Below are positions 53,033 to 64,000 of a stretch of DNA of 64,000 nucleotides, in pieces (positions within the stretch are counted from its first letter, which is position 1; the number at the start of each line of letters is the position of its first letter). A program made the position numbers and the translations under genes. This stretch comes from the human T2T-CHM13v2.0 reference genome, Homo sapiens, in NCBI RefSeq assembly GCF_009914755.1, contig NC_060944.1. The stretch is one strand, 5' to 3'. The notes beneath the pieces are model-generated. The model did no database searches. It saw only the letters and a program-made list of their open reading frames with translations, and was not told the DNA's origin.

Positions 53033-54668
53033 AGTTTATTACCTGTCCTCTGGCTAGAATGTAACCCAGCACCTAATTTCATGTCCCACTCATCAATTAA
53101 TATTTGCCAGAGGAATGAATGAGTGAGTAGACACACAGAGTTCAGTGGAATGCAGAGGGAAGGTCAGAGACAACCCTCCGGAAGAGAATGGTAGGCCTTA
53201 TCTTGACATCAGGCCCATCTGACCCCAGACAAAAGACCTCTAAAGTCAAGCTTCTGGGGAAGTCTGAAGTAGAAAGCAGACAAATTCCAGAAGGTTGAAG
53301 GTAAAAATTGCAGTCTTGAGGTTGGGCTGAACCAGGTTCAGACTAAATCATGTACAAGAGCATGACATTGTGCTCCATGACTGTACGAGCAACAGAAAAC
53401 CCAGTTCCAACCACTAACTGGGGATCCTGGTCAGAGATGCTCCTGGAGAATCTCCTTCCCTCCCTGACTCCTATAGTCAAGACGCAGTGACCAAGACACA
53501 CCTCTGTAACTCCAACACCCAACACAGCCCTAAACATAAATACGATTCCTTACAATCCTGGAACCAATAAATGTACTCTGTGTCATTTAAGTATTAAAAC
53601 AACCTACGAAGTCTACCATTCGCTAGGTGATGGATTCAGAACTTCTCAAGCTAGTGTAAGACCATTAAAGCAAAACTCAAACCCTGTAGACAAGGGAACT
53701 CCTGGGAGGTTTCTGGGGCAGGGAGGTGGAGAGAGAGAAGTCCCTCAGGCCTCTGCAGATATTTACATTTCAAATGCACACTGAAGACCTGAAGTCATGC
53801 GAGAGGGCGGTGAAATGAAGTAACAACAACAACAAAAAAAGGATGGCTTAAAAAAATAAAAATAAAAATCACAATGTGAAAGAAAGCAATTTAATTTAAC
53901 AACCATTAAATAGATACGCAGAGAAAATGACCAATGCATAACTTAGTTTCAAGAAAAGGAAATGAAGCGTGTCATTGTTCTTCAATTACCACTCTTATCA
54001 GCCAACCTCCCATTCCATGGCTCAGAACCTCAGGCTTTGAGGTCGGAGACTTCAGTAACATTGATTTACTATAGCAAGGAATATGCAAATCTCAGCTAAA
54101 CTGAGCACTCTCCATAAGCTAACCCCTACTCCTACCTCTCGGATATTAGCAGAATTCATGTTTTTTCCTCCTGACCATGAAATTAAAGCAGAAATGGGAT
54201 GTGATTTTTTTAAAGACATATATTACAGGGGAGAATTTAATCACACAGCTCTATTTCATAAAATGATGTCCTCATGGGAAGGTTTGGTAGCTCTGAACTG
54301 TGACCAAACTGCACACACAGTCAGTAGCCCCATGGCAATGAATTATTACAGGCCTCTAGGTCCACATGAAAAGGAAAGTGACCATTCTCGTAAGTCCACA
54401 GGCATGTGTATTTTCTTTCTGTACAGAAGTAGACAATAACCCCCCACCCCCAAAAATGCAATATTTTAAACTTTAATAGCTCCCACTCAAACTACAGAAA
54501 GTGCTTTGGACTACATCCCAGTTTCGTTTACTATTCTTTCTTTTTTTAACCATTGAGAAACACTTTTGTTTTTCCTTGAAATAAGATTTTGAAAGGCATT
54601 GGAAATTCATAGTTTCAAAGCCATTAGGTCAAAAGTCTTACTTGTTCCCACCCATCCCCAGCATGTAG

Positions 54669-54723
54669 ACACACACACACACACAGAGACACACACACTC
54701 ACACACACACACACTCACATACA
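54669..54723. repeat. Interrupted (CA)n microsatellite
   Basis: Direct reading. Confidence 0.92.
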
Positions 54724-56379
54724 CTTCCATATATATAATGGGTAAAATCTGAATTAAGAGAAAGTTTTCCAGGATTGCAAGTGGGGAAGGATGAATTTAT
54801 GATTAATGCTGCCCTAAAGCTCTATGACATTCAAGCTGCATTCAACTACATGATATTATAAAAGTGTCACCTCATAAAACTGGAAACGAGGGTTTAAATC
54901 ATTGCTCAAGCGAAAAAGTAATTTCAGACAAAAATATCTATCACGTATAAAATATTTATTGAGTGGCATCTACTGTTATACATAATTTATGAAATACCTC
55001 TTGGATAAGATGGAATACTTAACATAGTAGAGTGGGCCACCCTCCCCCAACTCCAGACACAGGGTCCCAAAGAAATCAATGTAAAATATGTATACTTGCA
55101 TATATTTTACATTGAAACAAAGATTTCGGCAACCATGCTTATTTGGATTAAAAAAAAACCCCACAAACTGACTAAAATTGTCAAAACGTAGCATCAGTTT
55201 ATTTTAAGCATCCTGTTCACAACATTTACAAATGATATGCTCCATATGTTTTTCTTCAACCTCCAGGCATCTATTCAGGTGAAATCCATCTGAATTTAAA
55301 ACACATGCCCTTTGCTGGGACTCTCACAGACTCACTTCTGCCCCTTCCGGTGGCTCTGGTGATTGCAGGCAGGGCTGCCCAGATCTCGTGGGAAGAAGAC
55401 CACAGGAGGACTCGGCTCAATGCGCAAGGCCCGTGTAACCACCGTAATGGTTTATGAGAGTAAGCAGGGAGTCTAGCTCTTTTAATCACAACCACATCCT
55501 TAGTGCCCAGCACTCTGCCTTACAAAAGTCAACAACTTTCTTGAATAGATAACCGAAAATGATACAAAAACTTACCAACAACAAAAATCTATTTTTTTCC
55601 CCCTCTTAGAAAGTCTACCTGGGATCTAGATTGTACTTGGAAAAAACTGGGAAAAGTTTGACAGTGTGTCTGCCCCACGTAAATTAAGATCTCTTTAGGA
55701 ATAAGAATTGCGTGTCTTCACAGAGTATGTTAGGTGAATATAGCTGCACCAGGCACACAGTAGTCACTCAGTAAGTGCTGATTATTTGGTTCTATAGGGA
55801 GTGATTTCTAAGTGGCACTTTTTTTTTCTGAACAGACAAGAATGAAATGTCAGGATCTTTTTGTGAAAATTTATGTTACAGAGAATTATATATTTCACTA
55901 GCGAGTAGAATTTTGTAGAGTTGACTCACATCATAAAGTGCACATAATTTCTGCAACCCCGACTACAAACACAGCAGATGTCTGGGGGCTGGGGGTTGGG
56001 GACAATCAGGGCTTAGAGCACATGCCCAGTGTGGCTGTGAGGATGGGGGAGGAAGTCAGATAGCCAGAAAGACGTTGAAAAAAAATAAAATTATCCTCTA
56101 GTAAAACTACTTTTTAACTTAAAAAAGTTGTATGTGATTTTATTTAAATTTAACAGAATGAAACTATTTCAACCATGTTTCTTTATTATTAATATAAGAG
56201 GTATTTCCTAAAATATCCTTGTAAGTCAAGAGGTTATGAAACATAATCACAGTGCATATACATTTTTCATAAGTGTTTCAGTTTTAAGCACCATTACCTG
56301 AATCTGTACCGGTTTGAGAACGTTGCTTCTTGCCTTGGCATCTGAATGACATCATAGCTGTGTCGATTTTGGGCCACAT

Positions 56380-57400
56380 GGTGCATGTTGGGCAGTATGG
56401 TACTTACTTTCCTCAGAAGGTTAAAGACATGGCTCCACTCTTTTCAAAGCTGAATGCTACTCTAAGAAAATTAAGCTAGTCTGACTTTTAGTCCACAGCA
56501 GATAATTTGGTTTTATGTCTGGATGTTTAAAGAGTTTCTTCTTTATCTTGAAATTCAATGGCTTAATTAGGATAGATCTCAGTGTTGAACATCCTCTACT
56601 CTATATTTTCCTGGAACACAATACATTCTTCTGATCTGCAGACTCAGTTCTTTCATCTACTTATTTTTCATTTCACAAAGCTTGTCTTGTTTTATTTTCC
56701 ATTTTCTATTTCATTTGTTGACCGTCTACTTCAAGAACACCAATTGTCCTTATATTACACTGGTCTTTGTCTTCTATTTCTTTCAGTTTCTGATTGCTTT
56801 ACTATCTTGATCATTCCATTTGTGTTCAATGGGCCTAACAAGCCTTTATTCTCTTAGTAAGTTGATTTTCAGTGGGGTCTATTCTTTTCCTTGATATTTT
56901 CTAAAATTATGTATTAGTCCTGCAATGATGTTGTTTTGGGCCTCAAAGGCTTTCTTTATTCTACAATCTTTCTTTTTTCATCTCACTTTGCTTTTTATTA
57001 CCATCTTGCTTTGTTTATTGAATTCATGTTTCTCATTCATTTGTTCTACCGAATGAAACAATTGTAAGGAATTCCCTTCTCTCCCATGAAGTGTGATTTC
57101 ATCTATATTGGGATCTTTTATCTTTTGCGTGCTATATTCCTCTTCTTTCTTGTTCTCTACCAGCCCATCTGCCCATCTATCCAGCCACCCATAGCTATAG
57201 TTATGTTTATATAATTGTTCTACATTTTTTTCATCTCGTATATGCTTAGGCGTATCTGTGCAAATATTCCATGTGCCCTAACATAGGATGGGAAACTCCT
57301 TGATGCTTGCCTGGCCATATCTGTGACGTTTCTAGTTGACTGAGTAGTCTGCAGTCCACCCACTTTTCTCTAGCCAGATGGAATGACAGAGGGCTAGGAG
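56380..57400 (-). mobile_element. Ancient L1 (L1ME-like) 5'/ORF1 remnant
   Basis: Strong T skew and L1-like wording (ttctttatcttgaaattcaatggcttaattaggata). Boundaries approximate. Confidence 0.5.
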
Positions 57401-58004
57401 GTCTCACCTGAGGCACCACAGGCTTTGTTTGAGGCCCAGCCCTCTCTTCCTGGGCTCCCTAATGATTGGGAAGGGGTCCTCTTCCCAGGGGGAGGGAAGG
57501 GGCAGGATGCCCTCGAGCTTCTTAATGTTTCCCCAGGCCTTCACTTACAAGAGAGAGTCAGCTCAGCTCTCACTTCATTCCAGTTACCACCACTGGCCAT
57601 CACTACTACTCTTCAGTAACAATAGGAAAATCAATTCTGTTCCTCCAATTTGAAGGTACAGTGGGGGGTATTCTGGAATCATCACTGATTCAGCTTCTCA
57701 GGTGCAGGTTTAGGAATATCCCCTTCACAATCTTTCCTTTTCCCCAGCAGCCACTCATGATCTTTTCTCACATGCTTCTCTTAGTGACTTACAGCAGTAT
57801 TGCTGCTGCAGGCTTGTATGTTTGCTATGCTTTCTATTATTTCTTCATTTATTTGAAATCTGTGATGGAATCACCAACTGGTTTTTTAACATTGAAGACA
57901 AGAATAGCATTAAAAGGCTACAAAAAGGAAGGATGAAAACAGCGGTACTCCAGGTTTTAGGGGATTTCTTGAGCAAAGATACAAAGGCTAAAAACATGGG
58001 CAAA

Positions 58005-58390
58005 CAGTCATCCCTTGATATCCATGGAGGACTGGTTCCCGGACTCCTGAGGATACCAAATCCAAGAATGCTCAAGTCTCTCACGTAAAATGGCGTAGTA
58101 CTTGCATATAACCTATGCATATGCTTCTGCATACTTTAAATCATCTTTAGATTACTTATCATACCAAATACAATGTAAGTGTGATGTAAATAGTTATTAT
58201 ACTGTATTGTTCAGGGAATAATGACAAGAAAAAAGTCTGCACATGTTCAGTACAGGCAGAACCATCATAGGTCTAACATATCATACATATCAGCAATAGT
58301 ACAGCATTTTCTCAATTTTTTTCTAATATTTTCAATCTATGGTTGGTAAAATCCATGGATGCAGAACCTGCACATATGGAGGACCAACTG
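58005..58390. mobile_element. MER2 (TcMar-Tigger)
   Basis: cagtcatcccttgatatcc...ggataccaaatcc...aaatcatctttagattacttat...atatggaggaccaactg. Confidence 0.88.
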
Positions 58391-58935
58391 CATACACAAG
58401 GAACCACTGGACATCCAGTTTAGCTGGTAAACCTGGAAAAATGGTCTGGCAAGCGAAGCAGATGGGTCACTATTTGATTCAGAGACTGGGAAGGCATTGA
58501 CAATTTTGAAAACAGAAATTGGTTGCTACTTCATCAGATGAATCTGGCAGGATGTATAGGGTGAATAAGAACAGAGTAAAAAGGGGGATGGGATTAGAAT
58601 GGAAGTGACACCCCTTGAGAGTCACGGGACAGGTATGTGGATTCTATGTGACTAACAGTTTCGGTTGATGGACATTAAGTAAAGACATTCTCAAGTGTTT
58701 TACTCCTCTTAATGAGAAATACGGAAATTGGAGAACTGCAAGAAAATCTGATAGATGCCAAAAGATTTTTATTGCTAGGCAAAAAATATACTTATGTTTC
58801 CTTGTAATACTTTCCAGGGAACTCAGTAAGGAGGTATTATTCATGTGTGAAGAATCACTCATGAATTTGACGAGCAAGTGGTGTCTAGTAACTTACATGT
58901 TTTTAATAATGTACAAATGCTAAAAGTCGTTATCA

Positions 58936-59315
<380 letters not shown>

Positions 59316-59330
59316 CTACTGTTTCTCATA

Positions 59331-59654
59331 CAGTAGGCCCCCCTGTATCTGAAGTTTTGCTTTCCCCGGTTTCAGTTACCCAATGTCAACTGTGGTCCAA
59401 AAATAGGTGACTACAGTGCAGTAAGCTATTTTGAGAGAGACTATTAATACAACTTTTATTACAGTATAATGTTATCATTGCTCTATTATTAGTTATTGTT
59501 CATCTCTTACTGTGTCTAATTTATAAATTAAAATTTAGCATAGGTATATACATATAGGGAAAAACAGTGTATATAGGGTTCATATTGTTTGCAATTTCAG
59601 GCAACCACTGGAGGGCTTAGAGTATCTCCTCTGCAGACAAGCGGGGGCCTATTG
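59331..59654. mobile_element. MER44A-like Tigger MITE
   Basis: TA-CAGTAGGCCCCC...GGGGGCCTATTG-TA inverted termini and ggtttcagttaccc core. Confidence 0.85.
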
Positions 59655-60699
59655 TATTCTATTTTCCACATAGGAAGAATCATGTCCATCTAACAAAGGA
59701 GAAACAGTCACCAAGATTACTAGGAAGTCAGTGAAGCTCTGTCAACTGCCTCAACCACCATCCTGCCTTTCTCCTCCTTTGGTCCATAAAACCCAAGCAA
59801 GCTATGATGAAAAGATGTTAAGAATCTCCTTCATTCTCCTCCAGGAAATGACTTTTTTATTTTTGCTCTGTTCCCAGAGAGTGACGACGTGAATAAAAAC
59901 AATACTGGTAGGCCAGTAACATGTTCTACATCCCTGCAAAGTTGATTAGTAATATGTAATCCTTCAGGTAAGGGCTCTATTAATTATGTTCTATGAATCA
60001 CAATCAGATTTAAAAACAAACAAAAATAAAACAAAACAAAAACAAAAAAGAGAAGGGAAGGAGCGGTCTGTGAACGTTAACAAATGGAAATCCACTGGGG
60101 ATCAGCCTCTGTCAGAACTAAGCTCCAGGAAGGAGGAGGTTCAGGTGGGAAGGCAGAGTTCACAATCCACAGCTTGGGAAAAAGAATCAAGTGGGTCAGC
60201 CTAGAAATCACCTTTGAATCCTCTCTGTGCTTCAGACTTCACAGAGCTCTACCCGCATGATATGGTCAGAATCATCCACAACTTTCCATCTCCACTGCTA
60301 CTGCCCTGGTCCCAGTAACCTTCACAGCCTGCCTGAATCTCTGATATCCCCCAATCGGTCTTTTTGCTTCTCTTGCCACCCTACCATCTACTCTCCATAT
60401 GGCAGCCAGAGCCACCTTTTCAAAATATCAAGAGACCATGCATAAAACACTACAATGGTTTCCCACACGTTTGGAATAAAATGGTCACCATATCTCACTT
60501 AATCTTGCCCCTGCCCACCTCTCCAACCTCATCTCCCCTTCACTTTCTACCTGACAATCACAGCGGCCTCCTCATTCCCACTGCAGGGCTTCTCCGTGTG
60601 CTGTTTAGTCTGCCTGGAAAATTCTCCCCTAAATCTCCATAGCTTGCCCTTTCTTGTCAGTCTGTTCTATTCGGGACCAAAGACACCAATGAGTGAGAT

Positions 60700-61044
60700 T
60701 GTATTAGTCCATTTTTGCACTGCTGACAAAGACATGCCCAAGACTGGGAAGAAAGAGGTTTGAATGGACTTATGGTTCCACGTGGCTGGGGAGCCGTCAC
60801 AATCATGGAGGAAGGCAAGGAGGAGCAAGTCACATCTTACATGGATGGCAGCAGACAAAGGGAGAGCTTGTGCAGGGAAACTCCACCTCACAATACCATC
60901 AGATCTCTTGAGACTTATTCGCTATCATGAGAACAGCACAGGAAAGACCTGCCCCCGTGATTCAATTACCTCCCACCAAGTCCCTCCCACAACATGTGGG
61001 AATTCAAGATGAGATTTGGGTGGAGACACAGTCAAACCACATCA
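60700..61044 (-). mobile_element. THE1-family solo LTR
   Basis: tgtattagtcc...caaaccacatca termini with 5-bp TSD gagat (60695-60699 and 61045-61049). Confidence 0.93.
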
Positions 61045-61609
61045 GAGATGAACAAGGTCCCTGCTCAGACAAAGCTTATTTCCTATGCAAGTAACTCCAC
61101 CCCTACTCCCAGACACACTCTATCACTCCACCTGGCTTACTGTCTTTACAGCACTTAAAGTGATCAAAATTTCTCATACATTAGTTTATTTTCTGTCTGT
61201 CCCTGCAGAAAGCAAAGAATAGGTCCAAGCCAAGATGTCAATCCCAGAGAAGGAGAGGTCAGGATGGGGTCAGTGAGAGCCAAACTATTAAAAACAATAC
61301 CCAAGGCCAAGACCGTCTCTTATCAGTCCCGTTTTTAATGCTCCTTGCCAGTCAAAAGCAGCCCTTAAAACTCAAAACAATAGTTAATATGGCCAGAATA
61401 AGCCAGAAGTGAATACAGGAATTTTAATATTTAGTTCTAATAAACTATCATCATAAATAATTTAATAACTGTCCCCAAAATCTGTATCTAGCATCACATC
61501 AGACAGGCACCTATGATGTCACTGAAAATGAACTAAAAATATAAAAGCCTTGCTTTTTCCATGACTTTAAAACAATCCATATTACAATACCTATGGTTAA
61601 AACACACAA

Positions 61610-61610
61610 G

Positions 61611-61660
<50 letters not shown>
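61610..61660. repeat. (GC)5(AC)n alternating purine-pyrimidine tract
   Basis: Direct reading. Confidence 0.95.
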
Positions 61661-61663
<3 letters not shown>

Positions 61664-63057
61664 ACACATTTAGAACCAATGAGGAAGAGCCACAGGACTC
61701 ACCAGGGCAGAATTAGGAGAAGAAGGGTCTGGCTACCACCACACCATGGCACCAACAAACCTAAATGTCCTGACATTACTGGCAGTCAGCCCCTAAACAG
61801 TAAATACAATTAATACTGCCCTTTTAATGAACAGAAACTCTTGGGGCAGTTCAATTTCCACTACACTTCCCATTGCAGAAACATCGATCTTTATTTAAAT
61901 GCCAAACAGCTAAGTGTTGGCACACAGTTCAGAGAAGATGCTGTGTGGATCTTTTGGATGAAACAGTCCTCTCCGCTGGCTGAGCAAATCATCGAGATGT
62001 CAGGATTTAAATTATGCAAAATGCATAATACCAATTAAAGAAATTACGTGTGAAAATATGCAAGAGCAAATTTCCTCACATTAATATTTAACTAGACTTT
62101 TTAAGTAGAGCAGCATCTTCTGATCACAAGTACTTTAGTATATTTCACCTACATGGAAGACCAAAATATTCAGGATGGTTCATCAGAAGATTCTAAAAGG
62201 GCATTTTCTGTATAATACAAACATTAACACGAGGTAAAACAGCTAACGGAAAGGATTACTTTAAGTGGGATGTTGTGGCCCAGAAAGCATCAGTCTGACA
62301 TTGGCCTTACACTTTGGTCTTGTAAAGCTGGCCCGTTCTTGTTTCTCACCCACGGAAATACGTCATGCTCATCTTCACCCTCCGGCCTGTGCTCTAGTAA
62401 TAATGTCCTACTAGGACAACCCTCTGATTCCCAGTTACAAATGTTTCCCCTTCCCCAGGAGTCAGTTAGAGCCTACTCAGGACTACTGTGGCCCCTTCCT
62501 CTGCACTGACCAGTTATCAGGCCTAATCGCATGGATCTCCGTCAAACACAGATCAGTGACTTTACATTCATGCACTGCTTGTTTCTCCCGCTAGACCAAG
62601 AAGCTTTCAAAAAATTGGTATTTTTTGAAATGTCAAAATATCAAAAAAATATCAGGCTTGTGCCCACACCAGATCCTCTGAATGAGCATCTCAGGAGCAG
62701 GATCCAGGCATTTTTTTAAGCTCTCAGGAATTTTACATCCAGGGTTGGGCTATGATTTTCTGTATCCTCCAAATGACACCTCTATCCTGCTGGGTGCACT
62801 TTGAGAATGCTCAAAAGGGCAAGTACTGTGACCTAACTCCTTCATTTGCCAGCTACCTTCTTCTGTGATTCATTCAACCAACACCTAACGACCATCTGCT
62901 ACTTGTCAGGTGCTAGTCTACATTAGGGATATATCAGTGAGTAAAGCAGGCACCCTCTTATATTTTATCTATATCTGTCTCTGTCTTTAGATCTAAGTCT
63001 ATATCTGTATTATATGGAAAGATCTATCTATATTACATTAAAAAATCTACAGATATA

Positions 63058-63155
63058 CAGTCCTGCATCACTTAACAACGGGGATGCATTCTGAGAAATA
63101 CATCACTGGGTAATTTCATCACTGTGCCAACATCTAAAGTGAACTCAGACAAATT
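63058..63155. mobile_element. Tigger3/MER7-like terminal fragment
   Basis: TA-cagtcctgcatcacttaacaacggggatgcattctgagaaa. Confidence 0.75.
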
Positions 63156-63159
63156 GACA

Positions 63160-63409
63160 TGTGGTTACCAGAAGCTGGAGTGGTTGTAGGAGAGGGTTGG
63201 GGAAATGTTGGTGAAAGAATGCATATTTACAGTGATACAGAAGGAACAAGTTCAAGGGATCTACTGTACAGCATGGTGACTATACTTAATGATGATATAT
63301 TGTATTCTTGAAAAATGCTGAGAGAGTGGATGCTAGGTGTTCTCACCACAAAATGATAACCATGTGAGATAATGCATTTGTTAATTGGCTAGATTTAACC
63401 ATTTCACAA

Positions 63410-63451
<42 letters not shown>

Positions 63452-63590
63452 AAATAGGTGCCTATCTAATGCGATGCTCAGTGTATATATATACATACAT
63501 ATTATATATATATACATGATGAATATATACAATTTTCCACATCAATTTTAAAAATAAATAAATTTGATAAATCACACCTTGAAAAAAAAT
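63160..63590 (+). mobile_element. L1MA 3' UTR fragment with internal (GT)n(AT)n
   Basis: gtggttaccagaagctgg...gtacagcatggtgactata...tgttctcaccacaaaatgataa, followed by an A-rich tail. Confidence 0.85.
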
Positions 63591-64000
63591 TCTATGACGG
63601 AACTTGTAATGGTGTCTTGGCATGATTCTGTGATGATAAATATATCTGGATTCCTAGCTTTTTTAATTACACAGAAAATAAAATATTAAAGCCAAAATCC
63701 TCTGGTTTATCTCTTTTGCAAGCTACTCTGCACCATTCTTTCACATAAAATTGGAGTAGGGTGGGAGGAGAACCACCAGCAGCGGCAAAATGAGGTCTTC
63801 TCTAACAGGTGAGATGTTAGAGGTTAATCCCTAAGCTTGGTGCACAGCCTTTGTTTATTTCTTAGCCAGTTGAGGAGCCAGTATCATTATCAGAAGGGAA
63901 TTTAGGAAAAAGCAAGAAGGTGATGAAGAATGAGAGGGAGGAAGAAAAGAAGGAAAAGGAACAAACTTCCAGCTTCTCACAATTCCCTTCTGAAAGACGT

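Larger units (their letters stand above)
51500..53130 (+). mobile_element. L2 fragment with nested MER20 and microsatellites
   Basis: gatgctgatgactctcaaatt, ggagatgtcaaacaggca, and 3' end aatatttgccagaggaatgaatgagtgagt. Boundaries approximate. Confidence 0.7.

Overview
This is primate, most likely human, genomic DNA from the middle of the kinesin-3 gene KIF16B, transcribed on the minus strand. Seven constitutive exons can be read and spliced in frame: 50941-51060, 50031-50082, 48182-48319, 27398-27480, 25837-25925, 2643-2696 and a long coiled-coil exon at 1-1117 that runs off the window edge. Together they encode the post-motor region, the FHA domain, a Ser-rich linker and the stalk. The rest is intron filled with Alu, L1, L2, MIR, MaLR/ERV1 LTRs, hAT and Tigger DNA transposons, and simple repeats. 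None of the supplied ORFs is a credible gene. The most interesting observations are: (1) a frame-preserving 33-nt cassette microexon at 3047-3079, adding LFPIKGPICLR at the start of the stalk and carrying PTBP/RBFOX/NOVA-type flanking motifs; (2) a ~220-bp, ~95% identical inverted duplication at 5095-6205 whose right arm was later hit by an Alu; (3) a VNTR that appears to have arisen by fold-back across a (TA)n tract beside a Tigger4 element; (4) candidate internal or antisense transcription units. Repeat family names and exon identity come from recalled consensus and protein sequences, not from database searches.
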